Shown: positions 44,787-53,887, counted from the first letter of the stretch. The stretch: 64,000 nucleotides of DNA from Bryobacterales bacterium (GCA_963722575.1 CAVRNR010000003.1:461766-525765); one strand, 5' to 3'. Translations and numbers: made by a program. The notes: generated by a model not told the origin, from the sequence alone.

Positions 44787-46517
44787 CTAATACCGCCAGC
44801 TTGTCAGGTCCGCTCCCGCCGGCGCCGTGCTCTGAATGCGCTCCATAATCTGCGGCAGGTACATCTGGTTGTAGTGCAGCCGCGAGTACCAGTTAGGCTG
44901 CGTCGGATCGCCATTCCAGCAATGCTCCGCGCGCGGCCCGTACCGAACCTCGCCTTCGTAGGGCACGCCGTGTCCGGGGGTCCCGGTCTGCTTTAGAAAA
45001 TCCTCCATCAGGTAAACCGCGTCATTCAGGAAGTAGGTGTCGTCCGAGCCGACGTAGAGGTGAAGTTTTCCCTGCAGCTTCTGCCCGAGTGTCGTCCAAT
45101 CGCGTTGCAGTATGGCGTCCAGATCGTAGTGCTGGCGCCAGTATTCGGCCGTGCCGTGGTCGATCGCGCCCGTCCGCTTGTCGAAGATCGGTCGCGGATA
45201 ACCGTCCTCGGCAGTCGGAGAATACACCGCTTGCCAGATGTCGAACTGCTCGCCCGACCGGCCGCGATCGCCCAGCGCGGCTTCATAGGCGATATTGTCG
45301 CGCATGGAGATCAGCGTGTGGCCCAGGTAGTCCCGCATGCCCGGCTGTTCGATCTGTTTGTTCGCGCCCTGAATATAGAACATGTTGTCCTGTTTATAAA
45401 GGTCAACCGTCATGTAGGCGTGGAAATCGACCGGGTCCGGGCAGGCGACGAACGCGCCATTGTAGTGGTCGGGATAGAAGATCTGCACGGCCAGGGATTC
45501 CCAGCCGCCGGTCGATCCCCCATAGACGAATCGCGCCCAACCTTGGCCGATGCCGCGAAACTGGCGCTCGATAGCCGGGATCAGCTCGGTCTCGATGGCG
45601 TCGCCGTATGGGCCCAGATTCGCCGAGTTCACCGCATACGAGTCGTCGTAATACGGATTCGCATGTTGCAGCTTGACGATCAACATGCGCGGCGTGCCGG
45701 GCGCAATCCACGCCTGGTAGTTCTTGTATGCCTCTTCCTGCTGTATGCGGTTGTAGCCGGCGAGGTGAAAGCGCTCGGAGTAATCCGGCTTCAGGTCCGG
45801 GTCCGGCGGAGTCTCGCGGAAGTCGTTGAAGCCGGTGACGAAGTGGTCGTGGAATACGATCAGTGGATAGTGCGCCAGCGGATGGGTGTCGTAGCCTTCC
45901 GGCACCAGAACCACCGCCGCGAGATAAACCGGCCGGCCCCAAAACTTCGTCAGCAGCGCCGACTGGATGCGGATGTGGCGAATGTACTTGGTATCCGGCT
46001 CGGGTTCGATCGGCGGGATGACGTTATCGAGCACGATCGCCATCGGCGGCGCCGCCGGACCTATCCGAACCAACCGCGGCTTCGACAGCAGGTTGCCCGG
46101 CGCGAGGTTCCAGTGCTGGCCCTCGCCGCGGACCGGCGCCAGCTTCACGGTCTTGCCGTCCGACCGGTGAAAGGTCTCGTAAATGTTCAGCACGGCCTGG
46201 ACGGTATACTCTCCCGGCGGCACGTCGCTCAACTTCGCCCGCGGATAGCCCTGCGCGTTGTCGCCTATGGCGAGGGGCTCGCCGGGTTTCCATCCGTCCA
46301 CCGTGACGCCGAAGACCATCTGCGACTTCGCCGTATCGTCGATCTGCATACGCGGCTCGGCGCTCGGATCGTTTGAGAGCAACAGCAGCAACCGGCCGTC
46401 CAGGGGCTTATCGGAGCGCGAGCCCGGAAAGCTCACCGTGATGGTCTGAGCGGAGGCAGCGGCAATCCATACCAGTCCGGCGGCCACCAGGGAGGGCAAG
46501 CAAACAAGAGGGCGCAT
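44787..46517 (-). CDS. Secreted alpha/beta-hydrolase esterase-like protein
   Basis: The start is the ATG at 46515-46517, internal to track ORF 44787..46736. The signal peptide is MRPLVCLPSLVAAGLVWIAAASAQ. A GxSxG elbow lies in FVYGGSTGGWESLAV. The family assignment is approximate. Confidence 0.6.
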   Translation of the reverse strand: MRPLVCLPSLVAAGLVWIAAASAQTITVSFPGSRSDKPLDGRLLLLLSNDPSAEPRMQIDDTAKSQMVFGVTVDGWKPGEPLAIGDNAQGYPRAKLSDVPPGEYTVQAVLNIYETFHRSDGKTVKLAPVRGEGQHWNLAPGNLLSKPRLVRIGPAAPPMAIVLDNVIPPIEPEPDTKYIRHIRIQSALLTKFWGRPVYLAAVVLVPEGYDTHPLAHYPLIVFHDHFVTGFNDFRETPPDPDLKPDYSERFHLAGYNRIQQEEAYKNYQAWIAPGTPRMLIVKLQHANPYYDDSYAVNSANLGPYGDAIETELIPAIERQFRGIGQGWARFVYGGSTGGWESLAVQIFYPDHYNGAFVACPDPVDFHAYMTVDLYKQDNMFYIQGANKQIEQPGMRDYLGHTLISMRDNIAYEAALGDRGRSGEQFDIWQAVYSPTAEDGYPRPIFDKRTGAIDHGTAEYWRQHYDLDAILQRDWTTLGQKLQGKLHLYVGSDDTYFLNDAVYLMEDFLKQTGTPGHGVPYEGEVRYGPRAEHCWNGDPTQPNWYSRLHYNQMYLPQIMERIQSTAPAGADLTSWRY

Positions 46518-46602
46518 ACTGGAAGTATAGGCTTCTTCGTGGGGCGAGCTAAGCGGCCCCCGTCTCCTGCCGAGGTTCGAGTCCAGCGTGGGGAGCCACT
46601 CG

Positions 46603-46990
46603 TCACTCGACCGGCGGCGCGTTCGCGCCATGAAACCGGCCGCCAATGCCGAGGAAGGCCGCCACCCCCTCATCGATGCTAGCCATCTCTTCCCGCGCCA
46701 GCTCGCCGAACACGCGCCGGATCCTCCGTTTGTCAACGGATCGCAGTTGGTCGGTCAGCGCGAAGGACCTTTTGGCGAGGCCGCTCTGGCCAGGCGCCAG
46801 TGGCGGCTACAGAAGCCCCTCGCCTGGAGTCCCTGTCACCGGCACCACGCACACCAGCGGAAAGCGCTGGTCGCCGATGACCTCCGGATCGCTCACCACG
46901 ACAACTGCGCCGCGGCCGAGCCTCACCCGCGCCCCTCCACCCAGCCCTCGCCGGGAACCCACCGAACCGGCTTGCCAGCGCTGCTGTCGA
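46603..46990 (-). pseudogene. MazF/PemK-family toxin remnant: in-frame TAG plus probable N-terminal frameshifts; no intact antitoxin
   Basis: My minus-strand translation is ...AVVVVSDPEVIGDQRFPLVCVVPVTGTPGEGLL*PPLAPGQSGLAKRSFALTDQLRSVDKRRIRRVFGELAREEMASIDEGVAAFLGI..., with the TAG at 46807-46809 and the stop at 46603-46605. The N-terminal G.W / GxE..RPrr / vVvS elements lie in three different frames. The upstream limit is approximate. Confidence 0.6.
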
Positions 46991-47054
46991 CCAGCGCCTC
47001 GGTATCTTCCTCGGGCAAGCTGCGCGCCCATTCCTCTTGTCTGCTGATCGCACC

Positions 47055-49820
47055 TCACTGCTGCACCGTTACCGTGACTCCCGTCTGCGTCGCAACACCG
47101 CCGATGCTCGCCACCACGGCGGCATCCCCGTTGGCAAGGTTCGGCACCGTCACGTTGAACTGGTAGAGGCCCGATCCCGTCAGGCCGGCGTACGCCACGG
47201 ACGCTGTTTGCCCCCCGATGGTGACTTGGACGCCGTTCGCCAGCGGGGTCGCCGTAGTGACCAGTTGTCCTGTCGGCTGCGGCGGGTTGGCCGGACCGAA
47301 TCCCACGCCGTACAGCAGGATGGTCTCCCCTGGTTGGGCCGGCGTGCTCACCACGCCGGGCAGCAGGTTGGGCGCTCCCACCAGGCTGTAGTCCGCATGG
47401 AGCGCGGCCACGTGAGTGCCGTCGAAGGTCAGAAACGCCGGTGCAAACAGGCTCTTTTGCACGGTTACGGCGTTGCTAATCTCGCCTGCCGTGGTCACCT
47501 GGACCGGGACCGGCCCCAGCGTGTCATCGTCGGGCGCCAGCGCGTTGATTTGCGTGGGGCTGACATAATCGACGTACGCCGGCAGGCCGTTGACGGTGAC
47601 CGACACGCCTTGCAAAGTGGTGGGCAGCGCCCCGTTCACGATGTCGCTGGCCTGCCACAGATAGGTGCTCTGGCAAAGGTTGGTGCCGAAGATGGAGATC
47701 CATGTGCCCGACGCGATGCCGGGCTCGTAGCTCCCGGCATTTACCACGCCGGTGACAGTGACCGCCGGCGCCGCCGGTGCCACCGTCAGCGTCACGGGGA
47801 TGGACGCCGGGCTGTTGGACGCGCCCGCGGCCGAGATCTGAATCGCGCCATTGTAGGTGCCCGCGCTCAGAGCCGCCGGAGAGACGGATACGGAAGCGGT
47901 CGACGGCGCCGTGCCGGACGCGGGTGATACGCTCAGCCAGGTATCGCTCGCCGTGGCGGTCCACGAAAGCGTGATGGTCCCGGTCCCGCTATTGGCGATC
48001 TGGATCGGCTGCGCGGCGGGAACCGTTCCGCCCACCGTGTAGGCGAACTGCAAACTTGCCGGTATCACGGCAATGGTGGAGGGCGCGGCCACCATGATCC
48101 CGATGGTATCGCCTCCCGTGGACGCCACCACTTGGAGGGTCAGCAGGCCCGTCAGGTTGGCCGGGAGCTTTACCGAAATCGCCGAACTCTGCCACGATGT
48201 AACGGTCAGGGCCTGCGCCGTGCTGGCCCCCGCTGGAGTCGCTTCGACCTGGCAGCCGCCGCATTGCGAACCCAGATTCGCGCCATTGAGGGTGACGGTG
48301 GTGCCGGCGGCCACCACCTGCAGGCTGGTGCTGGCCAGCGGCGTTACGCTACGAACCGCCGCGCCAATCTTACAACGCTGCGCCGAAGTGTAGCCCAAGG
48401 CTAGCGTCTGCGTGGAGCAGGTGACGGTGCCAAGCGACTGGCTGGCGGCCGTGTAGGCGCCCGTGCCGGATGCCAGGTCGGTGTAGAAGATGGTATTGGT
48501 ATCCCCGCCATTTTCGAGCGTCACGCTTCCCCACGACACCCCGCTCAGATCCTCGACGTAGCCGCCGCCGGAATTCATCAGCGCGAAGTACATTCCCCCG
48601 TACTTGCTCAAATAGGGGTCTGACGTCGACACGGTTCCAATGGAAGACCAGGCCGTTGTGCCGGCCAGGAACGAGCGAACAATCTGGCCGGTGAGGTGCG
48701 ACGTGTCGGTGACATTGGCGATTCCGGCGGCATTGCATGCGAAAATGCCCAAGTTGGCGTTCGTAAACGCGCTGGGATCGATGTGGCAATAGGGCACCAC
48801 GCGGGTGGGGAACGATTGGCGTGGAACGGCAAAGCCGAGCGAGGCGCTGGTCAGCGTTACCAGCCCATCGCTGGCATTGTTATTCATAATGCTGGACGAC
48901 AAGTTGGGTATGTAGGAACCGGCGTTGCCGATCACCGCCAGGGCGTCCACCCCGCGCAGATCGTCGTAATACTGGTTCCACGTGGCCAGGTTCCATAAGA
49001 GCGCGCTGCCCGGCACCAGCTCGGCGGATTGGCTTCCGGCCGCAATGCTGTATACATAATTCCCGGCGACAAACGAGCCGAAGTTGGGCGTGGCAATCAG
49101 GACCAGTTTGCGAACCAGTGTCGGCGACGGCGGCTGGAATGTCTCGTTGGGCTGGATGCCGGCCAGGTAGGCCCGGGCGATCAACCCGCCCATACTGTGG
49201 GCCACCAGGTCGATCTGCGGCACTTGCGCGCCGGAGTCGTACTTGATGGTGTTCAGAAAGGCGCCCAAGTCGGCGCCTAAAGCCTCGATGGTATTCCCCG
49301 GGTCCACCGCGCAGTTGTCGAAGAGATACACCACGGGAACGCCATCCTGCACCAGGTACGGGGCGAGATTGCCAAATGTGTCGGCGGAGCTGGTCGCTAT
49401 GGGGCACGAGTTGTTGAGGGAGAAGCCGGTCATCCATCCATTCACGAGCACCACGGGCGGCCGTGTCGAGTTGGATGGCACGGCCACCTGAGGTTTCACG
49501 ACTACGGCCAGGGTGGTTTGCCGCTCCTCGCCCGTTTCGCTGGTGGCGGAGAGCGTGACGCTGTACTTGCCGGGTTTGACCCGCGCCGATGCCGCCAGAA
49601 GTACCTGCCCCGGCGTATAACCCGGCCCAACCACCAGGCCTTCGATGGACACGCGCCGGGTCTTGGCATGCAACAGGAAATCGACCGTTTCCGCCGAAGC
49701 CTCGATCCGGGCCGGCCCGCCCGCGCGGATCTCGTACCGGGATTGAACCAGAGCCATCGGCGCGGTCTGGGCCAAGGCGCAGATAGCGCTACAGATCAGC
49801 AGGCTGGCGGCACTGGACAT
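47055..49820 (-). CDS. Large secreted multidomain protein: lipase-like alpha/beta hydrolase, Ig/IPT-like repeats and a TIGR03437-like 'Solibacter C-terminal' domain
   Basis: 921-aa ORF with a signal peptide. The lipase nucleophile elbow is DLVAHSMGGLIARAYL. The central region has Thr/Ser/Ala-rich Ig-like modules. The last ~230 aa (GSYEPGIASGTWISIFGTNL...YVSPTQINALAP...ILLYGVGFGP...YAGLTGSGLYQFNVTVP) match my recollection of TIGR03437. Confidence 0.75.
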   Translation of the reverse strand: MSSAASLLICSAICALAQTAPMALVQSRYEIRAGGPARIEASAETVDFLLHAKTRRVSIEGLVVGPGYTPGQVLLAASARVKPGKYSVTLSATSETGEERQTTLAVVVKPQVAVPSNSTRPPVVLVNGWMTGFSLNNSCPIATSSADTFGNLAPYLVQDGVPVVYLFDNCAVDPGNTIEALGADLGAFLNTIKYDSGAQVPQIDLVAHSMGGLIARAYLAGIQPNETFQPPSPTLVRKLVLIATPNFGSFVAGNYVYSIAAGSQSAELVPGSALLWNLATWNQYYDDLRGVDALAVIGNAGSYIPNLSSSIMNNNASDGLVTLTSASLGFAVPRQSFPTRVVPYCHIDPSAFTNANLGIFACNAAGIANVTDTSHLTGQIVRSFLAGTTAWSSIGTVSTSDPYLSKYGGMYFALMNSGGGYVEDLSGVSWGSVTLENGGDTNTIFYTDLASGTGAYTAASQSLGTVTCSTQTLALGYTSAQRCKIGAAVRSVTPLASTSLQVVAAGTTVTLNGANLGSQCGGCQVEATPAGASTAQALTVTSWQSSAISVKLPANLTGLLTLQVVASTGGDTIGIMVAAPSTIAVIPASLQFAYTVGGTVPAAQPIQIANSGTGTITLSWTATASDTWLSVSPASGTAPSTASVSVSPAALSAGTYNGAIQISAAGASNSPASIPVTLTVAPAAPAVTVTGVVNAGSYEPGIASGTWISIFGTNLCQSTYLWQASDIVNGALPTTLQGVSVTVNGLPAYVDYVSPTQINALAPDDDTLGPVPVQVTTAGEISNAVTVQKSLFAPAFLTFDGTHVAALHADYSLVGAPNLLPGVVSTPAQPGETILLYGVGFGPANPPQPTGQLVTTATPLANGVQVTIGGQTASVAYAGLTGSGLYQFNVTVPNLANGDAAVVASIGGVATQTGVTVTVQQ

Positions 49821-49883
49821 CCCTTAACTAAGTGAGACGCATCTCCCCCAAAAAGCGCGCAGGCAAAATGGTCTAATTGAAAA

Positions 49884-51050
49884 ATGCACGCCCACCTGAA
49901 ACCCATCCGCGCACTAGCCGGATTCCTCCTGCTACTGCTCTGCGCATCCATCGCCCCCGCTGCCACCGGCGACTACTTCGTCTACATCGGCACCTACACC
50001 CTGAGGCGCGGCAATGGCATTTACACCTTCCGTTTCAGCCCCGCTACCGGCCAGTTGACCGCGCTCTCGCTGGCCGCCGAGACTCCCAGCCCGGCGTTTC
50101 TGGCCGTCCATCCCAACCGGAAATTCCTCTACGCCGCCAACGAGCACGACGGCCCGGATGTGGCCGGCAAGAATAGCACGGTAAGCGCCTACGCCATCGA
50201 TCCCCAAACCGGAGCGCTAACCTTTCTGAACAAAGTCTCGTGCCGCGGCGAGGGCCCCGCTCACATCGTGGTGGACAAAACCGGCAAAGCCCTGCTGGCG
50301 GCGAACTACCGCAGCGGCAGCCTGGCGCTGCTGCCCATTCTGCCTGATGGCCGGCTGGGGGAAGTGACCGGTTTCGCCCAACACCACGGCATCGGTCCCA
50401 AGCCCCGCGCCGAAGGCCCGCACGCGCACGGAGCCGCTTTTTCGCCCGACAATCGCTTTGCCCTGGTAGCCGACCGCGGCCTCGACCAGGTATTGATCTA
50501 TCGCTACGATCGGCGAAAGGGCACCCTCACGCCCAACGATCCGCCGTTTATCGATTCCACTCCCGGCGCGGGCCCCCGGCACCTCTTGTTTCATCCCAAC
50601 GGCCGCATTCTATATGAGCTCAACGAGCCGGGGTCCACCATCACGGTCCTGGCATATGGCGCCGCGGGCGGTACCATGAGCCGTCTACAGGAGATCTCGA
50701 CCCTCCCCGCGGGCTTCACCGGAACCAGTGCCACGGCCCAGCTTCAGATTGACCGCGCGGCCAGGTTCCTCTACGCTTCCAATCGAGGCGCCGACAACAT
50801 CGCCGTGTTTGCCATTGATCCCGCCCAGGGCACGCTCACGCTGGTCGAGCACGTATCCACTCAAGGCAAGACCCCACGCGATTTCTCCCTCGACCCCACC
50901 GGCCGCTACCTCTTCGCCGCCAACCAGAATTCCGACACCATCGTGCTCTTCCGCGTGGACCCCAAAACTGGCCGCCTGACCCCTGCCGGCCAGGTAGTGG
51001 ACCATGTCCCCGAACCAACCTGCGTGGTGTTCTGTGGGGCAGGCTTGTAG
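49884..51050 (+). CDS. Lactonase family protein (6-phosphogluconolactonase-type 7-bladed propeller, YbhE/Pgl-like), secreted
   Basis: 388-aa ORF with a signal peptide. FVYIGTYT, GEGPAHIVVDKTGKALLAANYRSGS, GPHAHGAAFSPDNRF and GPRHLLFHPNGR are typical of this family. Confidence 0.85.
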   Translation: MHAHLKPIRALAGFLLLLLCASIAPAATGDYFVYIGTYTLRRGNGIYTFRFSPATGQLTALSLAAETPSPAFLAVHPNRKFLYAANEHDGPDVAGKNSTVSAYAIDPQTGALTFLNKVSCRGEGPAHIVVDKTGKALLAANYRSGSLALLPILPDGRLGEVTGFAQHHGIGPKPRAEGPHAHGAAFSPDNRFALVADRGLDQVLIYRYDRRKGTLTPNDPPFIDSTPGAGPRHLLFHPNGRILYELNEPGSTITVLAYGAAGGTMSRLQEISTLPAGFTGTSATAQLQIDRAARFLYASNRGADNIAVFAIDPAQGTLTLVEHVSTQGKTPRDFSLDPTGRYLFAANQNSDTIVLFRVDPKTGRLTPAGQVVDHVPEPTCVVFCGAGL

Positions 51051-51073
51051 CCTGCAGCGGATTGTCAATCCGC
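51039..51073. repeat. Twin short hairpins (GCAGGCT-TGT-AGCCTGC and GCGGATTG-T-CAATCCGC) at the lactonase 3' end; REP-like
   Basis: Read directly from the sequence. The TAG stop at 51048-51050 lies in the first loop. There is no T-run, so terminator function is uncertain. Confidence 0.4.
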
Positions 51074-51106
51074 CCCACCAACGACCACATCCACGCAATC
51101 ACATCG

Positions 51107-52546
51107 CTATTTCCCATCCCCCTCGCTGATCCACCGCAGACAGATCTCCGCCTGCTCGCGCACCGTGCCGTCGGCCACCAACCGCCGCAGCAGTCCACGC
51201 GAAGTCTCCGACTTCCACGTGCCCAGGTAAAGCGCGAGAGGTTGCAGGATCGCGGCGTTGTGCGTGCCAATCAGGCGCTCGGCCTCATCGGCGACAGCGC
51301 GATCCAGCACTCCCGGGATCTCGGGATGCGCCTTCCAGTCATATTGCGGCTTCAGAAAATAGAGCGTCTGGAGCGCTCCAGCCGTCAGCAGGGGAGACGC
51401 CGACTTCAGGTAAGGCACTACGGCATGGACGATGTCGTTGCCGCGCGGTTGAAATAAGTCGCGCCGCCAGCTTAGCAGGTAGGCAAGATCGGGGGTCGGG
51501 CCGCTCGCCTGGATCGCGGCCGGAATCCAACTGGATAGCAGAGTGTCGTCGAAGAGAGACAGGGCATAAAGGGCGTATTGGCGCACCAGGTCGTTCGGAT
51601 GGTACACGGCATCTTTCAGCAGGGGCAGCACCGCGGCATCCGGCACGGCCAGCAAGGACGGCAGGTAATCGCTGAGCCATTCGACCGGGTCGCCCGGGTC
51701 CGCGCTCCGCATCGCATCCAGCCACGCCTGCCGCTTGCCAGGCGGCAAGGGCCTCACCTGAATCGGTACCCAGGGGGAACGCGCCAGCACGTGCTTCTCC
51801 ATCGGGTAGCGGAAATCGTAGCCGGCGTACCGGACCTCATACCGCCCGGGCCTGTCGAACCGGTACAACAGGTGCAGCGGTAGCCGGCGCGGGTTCTTCG
51901 GCTCATGCGGCAGGCCGACCAGGGAGCCCCAGCCTATAGTGCCATAACTTCCAGGGCCGCCAGCGGCCATCGGAAGGCCGTGCTGTGCGGAGTTGGGGCG
52001 TAAGAGAACTCCATTGCGCCGCACTTCAAATTGATGGCCGCCGAAGTCGGCTGGACGGATCGTCACGGGGTATCGTAGCGAGCGCCACAGCGGATCGGGT
52101 AACTGGATTTCGATCCAAATGGGCATGTCCACGTAAGCCATCCCCGGCGGTGTAATGGCGGCCACGTAGGGCGCGAACCGCACCGCGACGGCGGGACTGG
52201 CGCGGCCCTCCCTGGTGACCACGAACGGCACCATCCCTTCGGTAGGCACATTGTACGGAATGCGAAGATTGATCTGTTTCTCCTGTACGTACAGCAGCGC
52301 TGCGGGTACGCCGCCGGCCGTGACCGAGGTTCCGCACAGTTGCTTCACGTCGCTCCAGCCGCCGGCGCCGGCCGTGCAGCCAGTCGTGGGTCCCAGGTGC
52401 TGTCCGTAGACGGAGACTTCGATGCCTGGCTTAAGCGGCCGCTGGATGCCCGCTTGGTTCGGGATGACGCCATCGACGTTGATGAGTGGCATTTCCTGGC
52501 CGGCCGCCGCGCCCAGGACCAGCGCCGCAAGAATCACACGTGGCAT
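51107..52546 (-). CDS. Secreted hypothetical protein (IPT/Ig-like N-terminal module plus helical HEAT-like C-terminal region)
   Basis: 479-aa ORF with a signal peptide (MPRVILAALVLGAAAGQ). The N-terminal ~110 aa resemble the IPT-like fold seen at the end of 47055..49820 (VSVYGQHLG...ALLYVQEKQINLRIP). The remainder is helical. Confidence 0.6.
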   Translation of the reverse strand: MPRVILAALVLGAAAGQEMPLINVDGVIPNQAGIQRPLKPGIEVSVYGQHLGPTTGCTAGAGGWSDVKQLCGTSVTAGGVPAALLYVQEKQINLRIPYNVPTEGMVPFVVTREGRASPAVAVRFAPYVAAITPPGMAYVDMPIWIEIQLPDPLWRSLRYPVTIRPADFGGHQFEVRRNGVLLRPNSAQHGLPMAAGGPGSYGTIGWGSLVGLPHEPKNPRRLPLHLLYRFDRPGRYEVRYAGYDFRYPMEKHVLARSPWVPIQVRPLPPGKRQAWLDAMRSADPGDPVEWLSDYLPSLLAVPDAAVLPLLKDAVYHPNDLVRQYALYALSLFDDTLLSSWIPAAIQASGPTPDLAYLLSWRRDLFQPRGNDIVHAVVPYLKSASPLLTAGALQTLYFLKPQYDWKAHPEIPGVLDRAVADEAERLIGTHNAAILQPLALYLGTWKSETSRGLLRRLVADGTVREQAEICLRWISEGDGK

Positions 52547-52634
52547 TCAGAGAGATAGACTCGATGCAGGCGAAAGGGGTTCCCTGCGGGGGGCTAATTC
52601 AAATAGGCACTCCAACCGACCTGCTCTGCCGGCC

Positions 52635-52680
52635 AAAATATCGAGATCCGGGTGGGTGCCTTGTTCACCCGGATCTCGAT
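52635..52680 (-). terminator. Intrinsic terminator for the minus-strand islet genes
   Basis: A perfect 15-bp stem, ATCGAGATCCGGGTG (52640-52654) / CACCCGGATCTCGAT (52666-52680), with an 11-nt loop. On the minus strand it is followed by ATATTTTGG. Confidence 0.6.
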
Positions 52681-52746
52681 TGAGGGTAGAGACTGCTACT
52701 TCGACCGGTTCTCTAGCAGGCCTGCCGAAACCGGTTGTGTTTGTGT

Positions 52747-53031
52747 CTAGCCTACGCGCCGGTTGCAGACCGGATCGTATTCTCGGATCAGATCTTTCTC
52801 AAGCCGATCCATATTCGAGGTGACGACTGAGACCCAGGTCGTTGGTGAACAGCGGGCGATGCGAACGTTGTCTCCGTTCAGGTGATCCAACATCCTCCCC
52901 CGGACATCGCCTTTGCCTATGTAGACCATCGCGCTTCCAGACAGGATGCCATAACACCCCATTTGATTGGACGCGATGGCCTCAATTCCCGCCTTAGAAT
53001 AGAGACGTGGTGTTTGTTGTGGAAACGGCAT
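52747..53031 (-). CDS. Minimal GIY-YIG nuclease-domain protein (94 aa)
   Basis: The start is the ATG at 53029-53031, preceded by AAAAGGAGAATT. The track ORF starts 17 codons earlier. The motifs are GCYGIL...VYIGKGDVRGRMLDHL...LEKDLIREYDPVCN (GIY, YIG, Arg, Glu and Asn positions). Confidence 0.65.
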   Translation of the reverse strand: MPFPQQTPRLYSKAGIEAIASNQMGCYGILSGSAMVYIGKGDVRGRMLDHLNGDNVRIARCSPTTWVSVVTSNMDRLEKDLIREYDPVCNRRVG

Positions 53032-53311
53032 AATTCTCCTTTTGCCGAAAAGTGTGCCCCCGCCGTTGACGTGCGACGGCACACGGGGTTTAGGTTTAGC
53101 ATTGACAGGCGGGTGCCTTTGGGCGTAAGATGAAGTTGTCCATTCAACATCTGCCGCCCGTCAAGTGCTTGCAGTTTCTGTGAGTTACGTTACGGCGGTT
53201 CGATAAGCGTTACCTCGTTTTCTGATGGCCTTCAGCGTTAGGAGCGCTGAGGGCCATCGGCATTTATGTGCGGTAGCGTCTGAACGCTTTCCGCCCACTC
53301 CTCAGCAGAGA

Positions 53312-53752
53312 TCATAAGAACCGGTTGCGCTGCTCCAGTAGGACCTTCCCTGGTTCGAACCATCGATACCGGCGGGTTCCGTCCATACGCGTCTCGGCTT
53401 GGATAATCTGAGACGCAGTGAACCCCGACTTTACAGCAGCCTTGGAGATGCTTCCAAGCACCCCACCGATCCCAGTTAGGTCAAGCCCAGAGGCCTTACT
53501 CAAGGCTTCGCCTTCAATTCCGCCCGGATTATCCAGTAGCGCCCGGAAAACCTTCTTAGCCTTCTCGTTCGTTATCGAGACGAGCGTTTTTACCTTGTCC
53601 TCTGCGCCCTGTGCTTTCTGAGCCTGAATTTGCGCCTTCGGCGCATTTCCGTTAGTGGTCGTTCGCGCCTGCCTTAGAAGCTCTATAGCTTCAGCCGGGG
53701 TATCACAGATCGCAAATGGCCCATCGGCTTCCCACTGAACCCTTACTGCCAT
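53312..53752 (-). CDS. Hypothetical 146-aa protein (possible winged-helix-like C-terminal half)
   Basis: An AAGGAG SD lies upstream. The protein has an N-terminal small domain, a Lys/Gln/Ala-rich linker and a C-terminal segment (FRALLDNPGGIEGEALSKASGLDLTGIGGVLGSISKAAVKSGF...RRYRWF). I recognise no family. Confidence 0.6.
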   Translation of the reverse strand: MAVRVQWEADGPFAICDTPAEAIELLRQARTTTNGNAPKAQIQAQKAQGAEDKVKTLVSITNEKAKKVFRALLDNPGGIEGEALSKASGLDLTGIGGVLGSISKAAVKSGFTASQIIQAETRMDGTRRYRWFEPGKVLLEQRNRFL

Positions 53753-53887
53753 AGCCGTTACTCCTTTTCAATTAACAGAGTACACCCGTTAGAACAGGGA
53801 ACGCAAGTTCTTTCTGATAGGCCGTTCGTTTCGTTCTCTGTCATACCCTGCTGTTCTGTCTATTCAAATGGCCTTTCGCATGCAGGG

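Noticed and set aside
46574-46598. A tRNA-like 3' end, GGTTCGAGTCC...GGGGAGCCA. It could have been a tRNA gene or an integrase att remnant.
   Set aside because: The putative T-stem does not pair (CGAGG against CCAGC). No complementary 5' acceptor strand (TCCCCAC) exists within 100 nt upstream. I saw no other tRNA-like T-loop with a valid cloverleaf in the window.
52686-52696. A possible direct repeat flanking the low-GC islet: GTAGAGACTGC here against GTAAAGACTGT at 55777-55787.
   Set aside because: Only 9 of 11 positions match and there is no adjacent integrase or tRNA. The similarity is too weak to call att sites.
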